Source: Phoronis australis (taxonomy: Eukaryota; Animalia; Phoronida). Taken from it: DNA of 64,000 bases. Below the pieces are notes generated by a model. The model was not told the origin of the DNA. It saw only the letters and a program-made list of their open reading frames with translations, and searched no databases. Position 1 is the first letter of the stretch. Every line of letters begins with the position of its first letter. The stretch lies in assembly GCA_002633005.1 (NCBI GenBank), contig NMRA01000255.1, forward strand, positions 317,937-381,936. The letters are read 5' to 3'. Of this stretch, positions 24,401-37,497 are shown piece by piece. The position numbers and the translations under genes were made by a program.

Positions 24401-27400
24401 CAGAGTGTCATACAGAATCACATTGTAGTTTAGATACTGTAACTGTTAATTAAATGTGGCCTGTTTGATTAACTACACTTGAAGAAGCTTCATCATTCTT
24501 GGACTTATGGTTTTGTGTATTCTCCTATTGCTATTAAGAAGTTGTTGGAGGCTTTGAAATTGATCATGTTCTGGTATGAGCCAGTTACATAGCACACAGG
24601 TTTTATTGTTGTAATTGTGTTTATACTAAATTTATTATTCATTTCCCATAGGCTTTCCGAGGATTTTTCGCAATTCACCAAAGTCTGATCTGGGCTTTGT
24701 TAGTTATACATAGGCATGAGTAAGTTATATCAAACATGTATGTAGGTTAATTGAAATGAAGTGGTTGTGTGTGCGCAAGGATATATTGTTTGAATTAACC
24801 ATGATGGTATATTATTATATTGGCCATCAAGGATTGTTTCTGTACGTACAGGGTGACTGCAGGACGTACAGCTACTGTGTTGCATTGTCCAGTGACAGTG
24901 AACCTAACTGGGAACATCTATTCACGTTATCTAAGATCATTCCAAGGATCTGCCACAATGTTAATAGGTAAGACAATTTGTTGTTTATTGACGCATTGAC
25001 TACTCAAATTATCTGGAAATTTGAAACTTACAAAACATTTGAGTGGGTAGTGTACATTGTGATGCATGATTTTACTGACACTTTATATTGTTGTGTTATC
25101 AGTTGGCTTATACAATGAAAATATTTTGGTGTCTGAATACAATTTCAGATAAAAATGAGTGCCAAAATTGTCCCCTTTTTAGTACCTTTTACTATAGTTG
25201 TTATTGTCTGCTGTTATTCAAAACATTGTCTTTTATTTGCTCCAGCACATGATAAAGTGTATTGTTCTGCATTCAGGTAGTATGGTAATGACTGAGAAAA
25301 AAGATTTCTAGTTTGAACTCTGAGTCAATTTTATTAATTTGTGTTGGGGAGTCTCCATTCTATTGACTGAGAGATTTGCCAAAAAATGGTCTATAGTTGA
25401 AATCTTAATTTCTTTTTCAACTACCATTTGTGCATTTCTCACTGGCTAGATTAGACTTGTTCTCTCTTTCCAGAGTTGTTTATGCATTTGGTGGCGCCAT
25501 CTGCCATCCAGTGACTGATGTGACGCCAACATACCTCAGTGAACCAGTGCTGTGTCAGCTGAGACAGGCAGACCATCTGGCCAATGAAGTGCTGACTCAG
25601 CTTGGTAAGTGAGGAAGGGGTGGAGCATGATGTATTTTTTCCTTCTCCTTTGCTGTGTCTTTCAGCAAGGACAAAATACCTGTAGATGTGAAGTTTTCCA
25701 ATTTTTTAAGCACCCACATAAATGGGCTGGAAATGATTTCATGGTTGCACCTCTTATTCCAGCTATGGTCATTTAAACCCCAGGTCTGGACCAACATTAC
25801 AAGTCCCATACAGGCCTCTAAACTCCTCATGCCTGCCGAAAATGTTTCATATCCGATCACCAATCTTCATAACCGGGGACCAAAATTCCTCACCTGGGTC
25901 CAGGTCGTGTCTGGAACTTGGTCACCCAATATGGATCATTTTCAACGCTTGTTCAGAGCTTAGGAGCAGGGGTATTGGTGATGAAATGTTAATTTTCTGT
26001 TCCCAGTTCCGCACTACTCATGATGATTCTGCTCTTCATGGCGAACACTCTTGATTTACTTGGCTGCTGTTTAATGCACTAAATTGGTATCACCATCAGT
26101 TGTCTCCATTTAGTGAATCATCGTGGAATTTAGGATTTTAACTATTTTTATCAAGATGCTGGTCTTTCAACTCTTGGATTAATTTACTAGGGAGTTTTAG
26201 GAAAGTCGTATGGTATGTAGGACTGGACAGGAATATCGTTTTTGTTGCAGACAGGTAATTTAATGATGACTACCTGAAAATTTCTGGTGTTCTGTTTCAT
26301 GAAAAGGGACATATTAAAGACTTTAGCCAGAAATTTCAACTTGCACTCCCTTTCACAATTATTAAATAAAGATTTAGCTGTGTAACTTCTAGCAAATCAC
26401 ATCATAAAAACAATTAGTACACGTTATCTCAAAAAGTAACAGCTTTAGGTTCATTCTCAGATACTTTGTGCTTTTGCAGAGATAGTTCTTTGGAGTGTAA
26501 GATGAAATTTCTGACTTAAGTCTTTATTCACTTTTCGTTTTTTGCTGGAACTCGAAAATGCAAATGACCTTATTTGAATTTCCAGGTCACACGTCCAAAA
26601 TCAGCCAGATGCCAGTGGTATGTATTCCTATCCATTTTGATCGAGACCCGTCTAAGTGTCAGCCATCCTGTCAGCGCTCTATGGTGATCAGGACTTTCAT
26701 TACTGCCGACTTCATGACAGGCGTGCCAGCACAACCCGATAAGCATCTGCCTCTTGAGGTTAGTCTAGACATCCTGTCTGCGTGTTTGTTATTAGTTTTA
26801 GGATAAGGTTTATTGTAACGGCTTGTTTTGCTTCTAAAGCACAGTAGCTTATCTTGATATTTTTAGCGCACATTTCTTATAGATGAAAGGGATTGTGGCT
26901 GCTTGCTTCCCTGCTGCATTGTGATGTACCCAGTCTCATTATATTCTCAATCATGATGTGCTTGTTGGTTGGTAACTACCATGTGATTGGCTGCTGGCTC
27001 TTCGATTGGGTCATTCATTGACAATAAAATTTGACCCAGACACCAGCCAATCATAGGGTAATTAGCGATCGACAAGCATGCCTTGTAGTGGCGAAACTGA
27101 GAACCTTACAAGACTTAGATTGCATTGAATCTGGAAAGCAAGAAGCTGTACTCTGTTTATTACGTAATAGTGTTGTATAAAGAAATATGTGCTAATACAA
27201 GATGGAGATAAGCTCCCGTGTTCTGAAGTTGGTGTTGAGTCACATGAGGTTTCAGTCCCACTTTCCTGATTGTTACAACTTGTCTTGCTTTGGATGTTGG
27301 AGTTGAAATGCATTATATTGCAGTCTTAATCTCCTGATTAGTGTAATGGGCCCGGCCTTGTGGGGGTGTAAGTTACAAAATTTTATATTTTAGTGATATT

Positions 27401-27588
27401 TTCTGACTGACAAAACTCATCCTGCATTCTAAATTGATGAATGTAAAGGGAAATCACATTTTTAACCTTTCTCACTTGTTTTACAGACAATTCAGAAAAT
27501 GGTCTCGGCCATCTTAACAGTGCCTGGTGTATCTCGTGTGCTTTACGACATGACGGCAAAACCACCGGGGACAACTGAGTGGGAGTAA
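18300..27588 (+). CDS. GMPS: GMP synthase, 3' part of gene: join(18300..18405,19169..19284,20157..20282,24852..24967,25474..25604,26586..26758,27487..27588), 289 aa + stop; 5' exons not seen in window
   Basis: The spliced product contains [56 protein letters not shown] and terminal KPPGTTEWE*, all recognisable GMP synthase motifs. All introns are GT-AG and phases are consistent. Confidence 0.96.
18620..19090. repeat. Degenerate ~140-150 bp tandem repeats with TGACCTTG...TCAAGGTCA cores
   Basis: Cores recur near 18632, 18761, 18905 and 19056; TATTTTGTACCAA is shared by two units. Confidence 0.55.
19169..19284 (+). CDS. GMPS: GMPS internal exon ([15 protein letters not shown]...NSMKK)
   Basis: ttgtag acceptor, gtagga donor. 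Confidence 0.93.
20157..20282 (+). CDS. GMPS: GMPS internal exon (PSALLSQVK...[10 protein letters not shown])
   Basis: ttctag acceptor, gtcagt donor, 42 codons. Confidence 0.92.
24852..24967 (+). CDS. GMPS: GMPS internal exon (GDCRTYSY...RICHNVNR)
   Basis: tacag acceptor, gtaaga donor. Confidence 0.93.
25474..25604 (+). CDS. GMPS: GMPS internal exon (VVYAFGG...DVTPTYL...LRQAD)
   Basis: tttccag acceptor, gtaagt donor. Confidence 0.93.
26586..26758 (+). CDS. GMPS: GMPS internal exon (KISQMPVV...DFMTGVPA)
   Basis: ttccag acceptor, gttagt donor. Confidence 0.93.
27487..27588 (+). CDS. GMPS: GMPS terminal coding exon (...[18 protein letters not shown])
   Basis: ttacag acceptor; conserved C-terminal KPPGTTEWE then TAA. 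Confidence 0.95.
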   Translation, partial: TIQKMVSAILTVPGVSRVLYDMTAKPPGTTEWE

Positions 27589-30500
27589 TTGCGTGACAAC
27601 GGGGATGACGTAATGTGTATGATCAGGCGACCCCAGGGACAACCTAGTGAAGGTGATCTCATGACCCAGAGGACGTTTGTGTGAGATTGATATCACGGTG
27701 CCAGAGATGATCAAATGGGAATCATTCGGTGTATCTTTTTGCTTATACTGTTGTGATTCTCGTCAAATCTCACCTTCAGTGGTTATGTTGAAATTGAATG
27801 TTTGTGGTGACTTGCTTTGTCCATCTATATTCATTCGTAACGCTTTCAAGTTTGCACTTACGGGTTGTATTATGTTAGCTATTTTTTAGAAAAATGTTCG
27901 AAATAATGCAGATTATTGTATGCCATTCATTTTGTGTAACACTGTTTAGAGAACGCATGAACTTACTCCGGCGACCTGGTAAACAAACGTCACTGTTTGA
28001 TTGTTTTGTTTTGAAATATTGCACAATGTCTCGTGATATCTAGTTGTGTGTTGTATTTTAAACAATGCACAGATCTGTTGAGTGTTGTTAATTTGAAGGG
28101 GCAAAACATTTCTATGTATTTGGGGATTTTATGAGGAATTTTATGAGGTTTTTTAGTAGATAGAACTGACCGGTACTGACCTTTTCACAGATGGATGGAG
28201 ACCTGAAATTGCAATGTATTGTGTGATGTCATCCAAAGCATAATGAAACCAACCAATGAAAACAGAGAAAAAGGTTGCCTCAATTTCCAGCCAACAGGTG
28301 GTTTGAATGTCAGATATCCTGAAAATTTGTTAATGTGAAACGGCCTATGCATTTTTGCTGCTTTGGAAAAGAACATTGTCTGTTAAAAAAAAAATTATGG
28401 ATAGATGAATTTATTAACAGTATGGTGCATCTAGATGTTGGAAATAAAGGCCATAGCTCTGATGTGAATGAAATGGTGTTGATGTCAGCTTCCAATAAAT
28501 ATCTACTCTTGATTTGTTTCCATCTATTCATGAAAAGTCAGTGGTAAGTCATAGGGACTATTTTAGCATCTGAACAAAATTGAATGAAAATTGTCCTAGT
28601 CTGAAGATAACATATTTTGTGTATTCACGATACTTGTGCGTGTAAGTGCCCCATTGTGGGCGTCAACCCCAGTATGGGCGCTTAAAACAAAATTGATGAA
28701 AAGTTGGACACAGCATTGTTGGAGATTACGGGTACTTTCCTGGCTGAATGAGGCGAGGTACCACTTAAGGTCTTGAGTGTTCTCAAGACGAGTTTCATAC
28801 ATTTGGGAGCTAAAATTGGTGCAAGACAGGTGTCACAAAGACATGCTAATCACTTTTAATGAAATTTCAATGACTGTTCTAAAGGTGAATTCTGTACATT
28901 TTGGAGGTAAAATTCGAAGGCGTAGGGCATTTTTAAGGAAGCCTGGATTGTATGAATTGGGAGTGGGTGTTTAAAAGGGAGAATTTCACAGGTAGGTGTT
29001 AACCCAACATGGGCATTAACACTGAGACAGTAGTTCCAGTTGGAAATTTTAAGACTGAATGCAAATGAGAAATGCAGGAAAAGAAGTGTACGAGTCACAT
29101 GATTAAGACTAAGGTGCTGATGAGAGCTGCTCATTGATACTTGAGTGCCATTACACATTAAAAGAAATTCGGAAAGTATCCGTGAATACCAGTGGCAAAA
29201 GCACTAGACAAGTTTTCTTATCGGTCTTGTACATATCGGGCTTTACCAAGAACACGACTTTTACTTTCTGTGTCCATAAAATAGCAAGTTTAACTGGTTG
29301 TCGCATAAATGCTTTTGATGACGGTTTGTTTGTTCTGTGTAAGGTTGTAAATCTGGTTGTTGTCAAGACCCATAATTTAAACAACTGAGTGGAGAATCTA
29401 ATGTTAATCTGGTGGGTTAGGCTAAAAGCAGGTCTTCATCCACAGGATGTCCAGGTGTCCAAATGGGCACCTGGACTAAAATTATGCATCGTAGCTGGGC
29501 ATACTGTTCAGTATTTGGACACCCTAGTAATGTAAACATGAGTGTATCTTTTTATTGTCAGGTGCAGGTCTTGGGGCGCATTCCCGGACCTAGAATGAAA
29601 ATGATTTAGTAACGATGCAAAGTACGAAAGCCTTTGTTGCAGAACCATCACCTCAGTAATATACCACACCGTAACAGCAGTTCATATGGAGGTCATGAAA
29701 ATGCAGTCATTGGTCATGAACATCACAAGAAATTGGGAATCCCATTTTGGACTCCCTATTTTTTTAATGAACCTATGGCAGTAGCTTCAATCGCATCTTA
29801 TCCACTAATTTGGAGGGTTATGCAACTGCAGTGTAGCGTTTCTGATAGTCAAACCCTACAAGGTATGTGATGTTAGATTTAGCAGAGTAACTTTGCCAAC
29901 TTGTGTGACTGTTGTGATTTTCAACGATTCTTTTGGTTTGCATCTGTCAAGGGAAATCAAGTCTTGTATTAGAAAGCAACACATCTTGTGTATCAGCTTT
30001 GGTTTTGGGGCGTGTTTGGTGTGTTATAGCTATCTCAGACTTGTTTTTGTAACCTCTCAAGTGTATCGAGTTGCTTTGGTTGTTCCTCATGGTTGGACTG
30101 ACTTGTTTATTGAATCTCTACCTGTTTTGTGGGTTTTCTATGAAAATTCATTCAGTTTGAATATTTTTTATAATCCTGTCCATCTCACAATGACCAAATA
30201 CAAATGACAAGGATAACTTGCATTTTTTGTTGTTGCCAAGTGGAACGCCTTTACAAACTTAAGTTCTAACCAGGGCAGTGCGAGGTGCTGATATAAGCCC
30301 ACTGTGTGCATCACAAATGACTGATACAAGGGGTACTAATTTTTCAAGCATTTCCATAGTGAGCAATTGAGTCTGAAAAGATATACAATCCAGATAGATA
30401 TTAAGACTGCTATAAAGAAAACTAAAATCACCATTAGAGGATACAGCTGCAGTTGGAACCATCCAAAGGACAGCAGCACAAGAACAACACTTTTGATGAA

Positions 30501-31320
30501 GACCACTTGCTGCTATAAAATTAGTCTTCAACTCTGATGAGAAATGATTTGAGAGTTTACAAAGAACTGACTGTTGCTTATTACTCAAGGCTCTGTACAT
30601 GAAATGGCACGCTGTGACAACCCAACATGTACATCGCGGTTTCTAGTAATAAATAGCAGTCACTGTTTTGGAACTCCTGAAATGACCTCTAATTTTTAGA
30701 AAGGTTAATTTGTAACCAATTTCGTACGTGGTCTAAACCAAAGTTGTTTTTTGTGATGAAAGGCAGGGTTATAGACGTTTTAAACAAATATGTCCTGTTA
30801 CTGACAAAACTGATGATGTAGACTTTGGTCTGAAAATCTATTAAATGCAGTCGGTCAGTGTCACAAGCCCAGTTAATGTTTCCTCCGGTATAGTGTACTC
30901 TTCCTCAAATCTATACATATTGGTTCCAACAAGCTTGGATACATCACAATAATAGTGGTTTCTTGTGCTTTCTGGGCATATTGTTTGTAGTCAACACTTA
31001 AAAGAGCAAATGTTCAAATCTGGAAAGATTCGTTGCACTGTAGATTGACTAGGGTCTACATGAGGCTAAAAAGAACGTAAACTGTGAAGGTGAGGTTCTA
31101 CACTTACTGAGTGACTACAGATGTCCATGATGACAACAACCAGGACTCTGTGTCTGGGGTGTGAGAACGATGCCCTGGCTACATGTATGAACAGTAAATC
31201 TAGTTATGCACAATTCAGGTTTTTAATTTAACTCGGACAGATTCCAGCATTGCAGTTATAATGTGTGCACCCAGGCTTTTAAAATTTATTTAGTAATATT
31301 TCACAATACTCTAATGAATT

Positions 31321-31406
31321 TGGCTGTACTAATCTGCCAGACTTATGAGATAGACAGGTATAGTGGCTGTGCTAATCTGCCAGACTTATGAGATAGACAG
31401 GTATAG
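31321..31406. repeat. 43-bp tandem duplication
   Basis: TGGCTGT(A/G)CTAATCTGCCAGACTTATGAGATAGACAGGTATAG twice. Confidence 0.85.
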
Positions 31407-32453
31407 TGCATGTCGAAGACTCGGCGGATTCTAGAGCTAATAACGTAGAAAACCAATAACCAACGAGGAAAGCTTAAGATAACGCAACAGTTAGTAGATG
31501 GAGGCAACATGATGTCACGTTACGTCACATGTTGCATTTCAAAACTGGTTTTAATGCGGATCTAGAGTTTGAACTTCACTTCTTAGGACAATCATGGCCA
31601 TAACTGAGAATAAAAATGAGAAATAGTTACAGATGAATAAATTAAACAATCGCACACTTTCAATGATGGGCAAAAGCCTTGTATATCAACTCAGTGTAAC
31701 CCACACACAAGTGCTGCAACTTACAAAACTTTTACATGGTCACAGGAGGCTTTGATCAGTTTTATTAAACAAGCACTGCGTTCACAAATATGTAAACTAT
31801 ACATATGCAATCATAACTTGCCAAACTACACAGATCTTGGATAAAGTGTTCAAATTTTTAGCAAGTGCGAATGGCTAAAAGCAGAAGACAGACAAACTTG
31901 TTTATGACCAATTTTGTTCAGGCCAAATGTCAAGCCTGAACATCTCTATGCCTTGAAGGGCAGGTTCATAGTGCTAGCTGCACACATTGTTAAAGGACAT
32001 ACATTAAGGAATATGTAGCATAAAGTGGCCAAGTCCAAAGAGTTCACAAAATTACTTTACAAGTACTGAAGCTGTCACAATGAATCCAAGTCAATACTTG
32101 ACTTCCTTTGTACAGAATTAAAGTTCAATTCTTCCTTTTGTGAGAGATGGCCAACACTTGCGAAACATACCAACAAGCACTGACCTCAGTTACAAGACAT
32201 AAAGCCTACTGAAAACTGACATCCCTTCTAAAGCACTATTTTACATTACGCACTGTTGGTAGATCACTACACAGAATGGCACTATAAAATTTTTAAAAAG
32301 CAATGAGGACAATAAGACGACGATAAGATGCACAAGCCATGAGTTAATACCCGATACTGGTAGTGCAACAGATAGCAGGAAACATTAATTGTCAACAAGA
32401 ACACTGCCATAGCACAAGAGTAACCCGTATAAGTGTCCGTCTACCTTCCAACA

Positions 32454-32663
32454 CTAGGTCCCGGGAGCAGTGGTGAATGTGGCATCAATTTGCTTGATCC
32501 ATGGTATGGCAAGCTTGACTTTTCTCCTGTAGTTGGGATCGATCTTGTGTGGTGATTCTTTATCCCTCCAGATGGGGTTCCTCTCAAGGTAGACTGTGTC
32601 TAGCTTCTTCAAACTGTTTAGTACATCCACGTCCCTCCAGTCGTCTACTTGATTATCGTTAAA
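32454..32663 (-). CDS. PPP1R7: PPP1R7 terminal exon (FNDNQV...QIDATFTTAPGT*)
   Basis: ttttcag acceptor, LRR cap, TAG stop. Confidence 0.92.
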   Translation of the reverse strand, partial: FNDNQVDDWRDVDVLNSLKKLDTVYLERNPIWRDKESPHKIDPNYRRKVKLAIPWIKQIDATFTTAPGT

Positions 32664-35600
32664 CTGAAAATCAACAAAGACCATCTTCTCAAAGCCTTGT
32701 TACTTTTAATAACCGTAACCTGGGACACAAATTTATGCTAAAACCAGACAATTTTGTTGTTCAATAAAGAGTATATTAACCTAACAGAGGTTGTGCACTA
32801 CAGCCATTTGAACAGCTCTATGAGATATTGTATTATCAATAGGAGGCTTACAATCCAGCTAATTCCAGGACTATGTTTCATGAAAAGTGACCTAAGACAG
32901 GTCAGAAATTTGATGTTACAATCTACATGACTATTCTTGAAAAATAAGTATATCTTATTTGTCAGAGCAAAAATGCAGTCTCTCAGAATATACACATAAG
33001 TGCTAGTTACTGAGATGATTTCTTCAAATTATTTCTAAACTGTACAGACTGTAATTGCTCTTATAATTACTTGACTAAACCTTAATTCCGAAATTTTGAA
33101 ATGGGAGCGTAAGACCAGATTTCTGTCTCGAGTCTTAAGTCACCTTTCATGAAACAGAACAATGGTCACTTCTACAAGTTTGGCTTTCATTCGTTTTCTG
33201 TTGATTCAGAAAATTCTCATAAAAGCGATAAACAACAGGAGGTTGATTAAAGCGAGGCAAGACAAGACAAGTCTATTATTAGTTTTCTTCGGAGGAAAAA
33301 GTAAATGGCCTATGACTGACTTGCTTTATAAATGGTGAGTTTCAAAGAACAAGGTACTGTTGGTACTTCCGATTCCCCTTCTAGCCTCAGACTGCATTCA
33401 ACAGTTGGCTAATAAACACTGCGTCTTTATTTTTTCCATTTATATTTTATTTATACATAACAGGATCCGCACAGGAAAAACATTAGCTCTAACCACATAC
33501 CCTCGCACACACCAAACCGTCTACACACACTCATGACATACCCTCGCACACACTACCCGTCTACACACACACTCATGACATACCCTAGCACACACTTAAC
33601 TGTCTACACACACACTCATGACATACCCTAGCACACACTTAACTGTCTACACACACACACTCATGACATACCCTAGCACACACTTAACTGTCTACACAAA
33701 CACTCATGACATACCCTTCAGCACATCTACCCATCAACAATACATTGAAAGTTGTCTTCCAAAAGGCCAGTTTCTGCAGGATACCTGGTATTAATCTATT
33801 AAGTTACCATTTTTTTAAGAATATTTTTCATTGGATATAACATTCACTCTAAACTCTAGGAATTGAGTGAAATTTGATATTAATTTTTTTACACTTAGAC
33901 GTGTAAATTGTAACAAAATTCAATTTAAAACTTTAGTTTCTTTTTTGATTTGTAAAGCAATATACATCATCACGTGTTTTAGTTTGCTGCACCCTACACA
34001 ACCGTCTAGAACTCAACTTAGTAACCATCACCTTCCTCTACACAAAACACGATTTGATGGGTAACAAAACTAATCCCTCATTTTTAAGATGTCGAGATTA
34101 AAGAAATGGGTCAAACTGACTTTTTGGACATGGGGTAAACATGAATTTAGACTTGGGAGAATAGCGGTGCCTATAACTCAAACTTTAAATACTCCATGTG
34201 GTAATTTAAATGTATTTTTATTGTTTCTTGAATTCATATTCCTGCGAATGCAACACTGGCACATTTCACTTTTATACCAATATCCATCGTCTACATCACA
34301 CATTTGGAGTAGACTGAAAACAGCAGGATAACAAACTTTGCTTTCTTATCACATCACAACAAAACACACGCCAGTTATAACTTACCCAGAATTCTTCAAG
34401 CTCTACTAGATGGCTCACATTTTCAATGCGCTGAATTCTATTGGCTGATAAATCAAGTGTAGTTAGTCGAACCTGAAAGCACCACATACGACCAGTTTTG
34501 ATTACACGAACTTGAAAAGTACAGACAACAAATTAGAGTTGCAACAATTTGCCTCATTTCACATTACATCAACTTCTCAACTTTGCAAATTCAAATTATG
34601 ATTCCTTTAGTATAAGATGCCCAAGTCTGCCTAAATTATTTTATGATTGTTTTAAATTTGTAATGAGAACACAATCTGTGGTAGCAGTACATGATAGCTG
34701 ATTCCATTTTTCACATTAAGAACCACTTCTGTATCCTGTAGATTGCAACCTAAAAAGCTATAAAACTAGTCACTCAAAATCAGACAACTTTATTGTTGAG
34801 TGAGAAAAATCGGTTAAAAAGATGACAAGACAAGGAAAGCACGTGAACAACAAAACTTAACATCAACATTTACACTACCCACCCAAATGGCTTTTACCAC
34901 TGAATATAATGCGCATCAAACTGGCTCTCACAATGTGGGCACATTATATCAAACTATTTCCATCGGAGTGTACAGACATAACATTTCAAGCTAAATGCAT
35001 CGTACACAACTACATGAAAATGATGGTGAGTGGACAGTGGCTCAAAAGTAATTGTAAACGTGTATGAATAATGTGGGGTGTGTAGACACAGCTTAAGGCA
35101 TATAGACGCTGATTCCATGGAAGTCTTAGTTAATAATCATATATCAAACTTAGCAGTTTTTTAAAATGTAGCACGTAATGTTTGACTGCTTGTCAAACAA
35201 CTGTTTGCACTGATTTAGCGTTACAAAAGTTTTTTAATGTTTATTATAAAAAATGTAATGTACGATGATTGAAGTAAAAGAGGCATGGAACGAGAAAGCT
35301 CATGGAAAATATATTTAAACAACTCCTGACAAAAGTACCATCACGCAATGTCTACCACAGAGTTATTCACTTTCCTCTGTGAGGGAATTTCCAGAAAAAA
35401 ATCACAATATTCACAGTTTTTGAAATACGCACAAAGGAAAAACTTTGTAGTCACCACAGAGTTTCTGATCTCTCTCCCATTTATCGATAAATGCACTAAT
35501 GCACTCAGTCATGTGCTCACAGCTGACTGACAAGATGGATATTAACAGCAGATTATCATCATATTCGCAATCCGAATCTTAGGTCGACAGCACAGTATGA

Positions 35601-37456
35601 GGCATACCAGTGAAGCAATTTTCCAAAAAAAAATTCCAAGTGTGTACTTGAATACTGCGAAACCTTTACAACTAATTTTATTTAAACAGTTAGGACAATT
35701 GCCTCTTAATAGGACTGGCTGCTACTTAAGTTGCCACTGCTTTGTTTACATCAAAGGTCAAAGGTCACAGTTTCCAGATAAGGGAAATGTGCTTTTTCTA
35801 TGTGTTGTCATACCAAATAAGGAGATGTGCCTTGCCTTGCTAAAGAGAAATCCACGAAATGACGACCAGTTGACAGATCATTTTTTGAAATTTGAAACTA
35901 AAAGAAAAATGCTTTGACATCAAAAGAAATGCAAAACCTTTACAAGCAAACCGTAAAAATACCTGGTGAGCTGGTTTCTGCGAGAGAACCACGGTGAATA
36001 ATGCAGGCCTCTCTAAGCCCAGAAAGCACTAGGGATAGCCTTGCAAAGTCAGAAACAGAGTTTTAAATTTAAACACTGTGAACTACAAAACACCAATGAT
36101 ATGGAACTTACATTCTTGTCTAAACCCTCAATTTTACTGATCCCGTTGTTACTGAGGTAGAGCTGATCTAGATTCTCCAACTGGTCCATACCCTCAACTT
36201 GTAAGATCCTATTACTCTGAAAAGCAACCCCAAGTTATATCACCCAACACGATGACACATAGTCAATATTTCAAAACTGACAGCGTGATAATTATGCAGA
36301 TCTTTATAACGTTAAGCCTGTTCAAAATTCCAAAATGATAAGTTATAAAAACTGAACAACAAATTACATGCCAATTCATGGCACCTGTTTACAACAGTAA
36401 CTTAGAGTAAACTTTCTTTTCACACAGGAATACCAATCAATACTTTGAAATGAAGATTTATTGGTCACTACAAAATTTAAAGAGTACCATTCTAATTAAA
36501 ATAATGCTTTCAAAATGAAAAAAGTCTTAATTCTTTGTAAAAAAACATTTGCAACAGCTTCATCACTGAAGAGAATGTTCTAAAGTAAGGCTTTTTGTTG
36601 GAATTTCAAAACCATTGAGGACACGTCCCTTGTTAGTCACATAAGGTGAAACAAATAAAAATAGTACAATGGCATAAGCAATACAATTCAAAACGCCAAG
36701 CAATCTTATAGGAATTGTAAATAGGTGTCTTGTTACTTCCGTCAATTTCATTTACTCATTGTTCAACTTTATTTTTATCATTCAAGGGTCAATTTGGCGA
36801 CTTAGCACCCTGTGAATTTTGCCAAGTTGCATTTGGCAAGCTGGCATTATGCTAAGCACCGAGCCGCTGTTAAAATACATTTTTGCACTGTTACCAATTA
36901 CATTAATTTTATGTTTTCATTCCGCACATTTTTTTCTGAAAGTAATTTTCGTTTTCTGTTACATCGCCACAATAATAGACATCTGCAACTTTAAGGCTTA
37001 TTACCAAACACAAATGAATGCAAGACCTCGATACATGACTCACAAAACCAGGTTAATTCATCTTTCAATATTCCATTATGTGCTTCTATTAATTTTTGCA
37101 ACTTTTTCTTAGTTCCATGCATTTTCAAGGCATCCATTTTTCTACGAGTGGTGGTTTACACACACGCGCACGCGCACGCGCACGCGCACGCGCACGCGCA
37201 CGCGCACGCGCACGCGCACGCGCACGCGCACGCGCACGCGCACGCGCACGCGCACGCNNNNNNNNNNNNNNNNNNNNNNNNNNNNNNNNNNNNNNNNNNN
37301 NNNNNNNNNNNNNNNNNNNNNNNNNNNNNNNNNNNNNNNNNNNNNNNNNNNNNNNNNNNNNNNNNNNNNNNNNNNNNNNNNNNNNNNNNNNNNNNNNNNN
37401 NNNNNNNNNNNNNNNNNNNNNNNNNNNNNNNNNNNNNNNNNNNNNNNNNNNNNNNN

Positions 37457-37497
<41 letters not shown>

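Noticed and set aside
19300-27400. Intronic C/D-box snoRNAs in GMPS
   Set aside because: Several TGATGA hexamers, but none with a properly spaced CTGA and terminal stem that I could verify.
31428-31442. TTCTAGAGCTAATA resembling 18S rRNA
   Set aside because: Only about 14 nt match with no flanking similarity.
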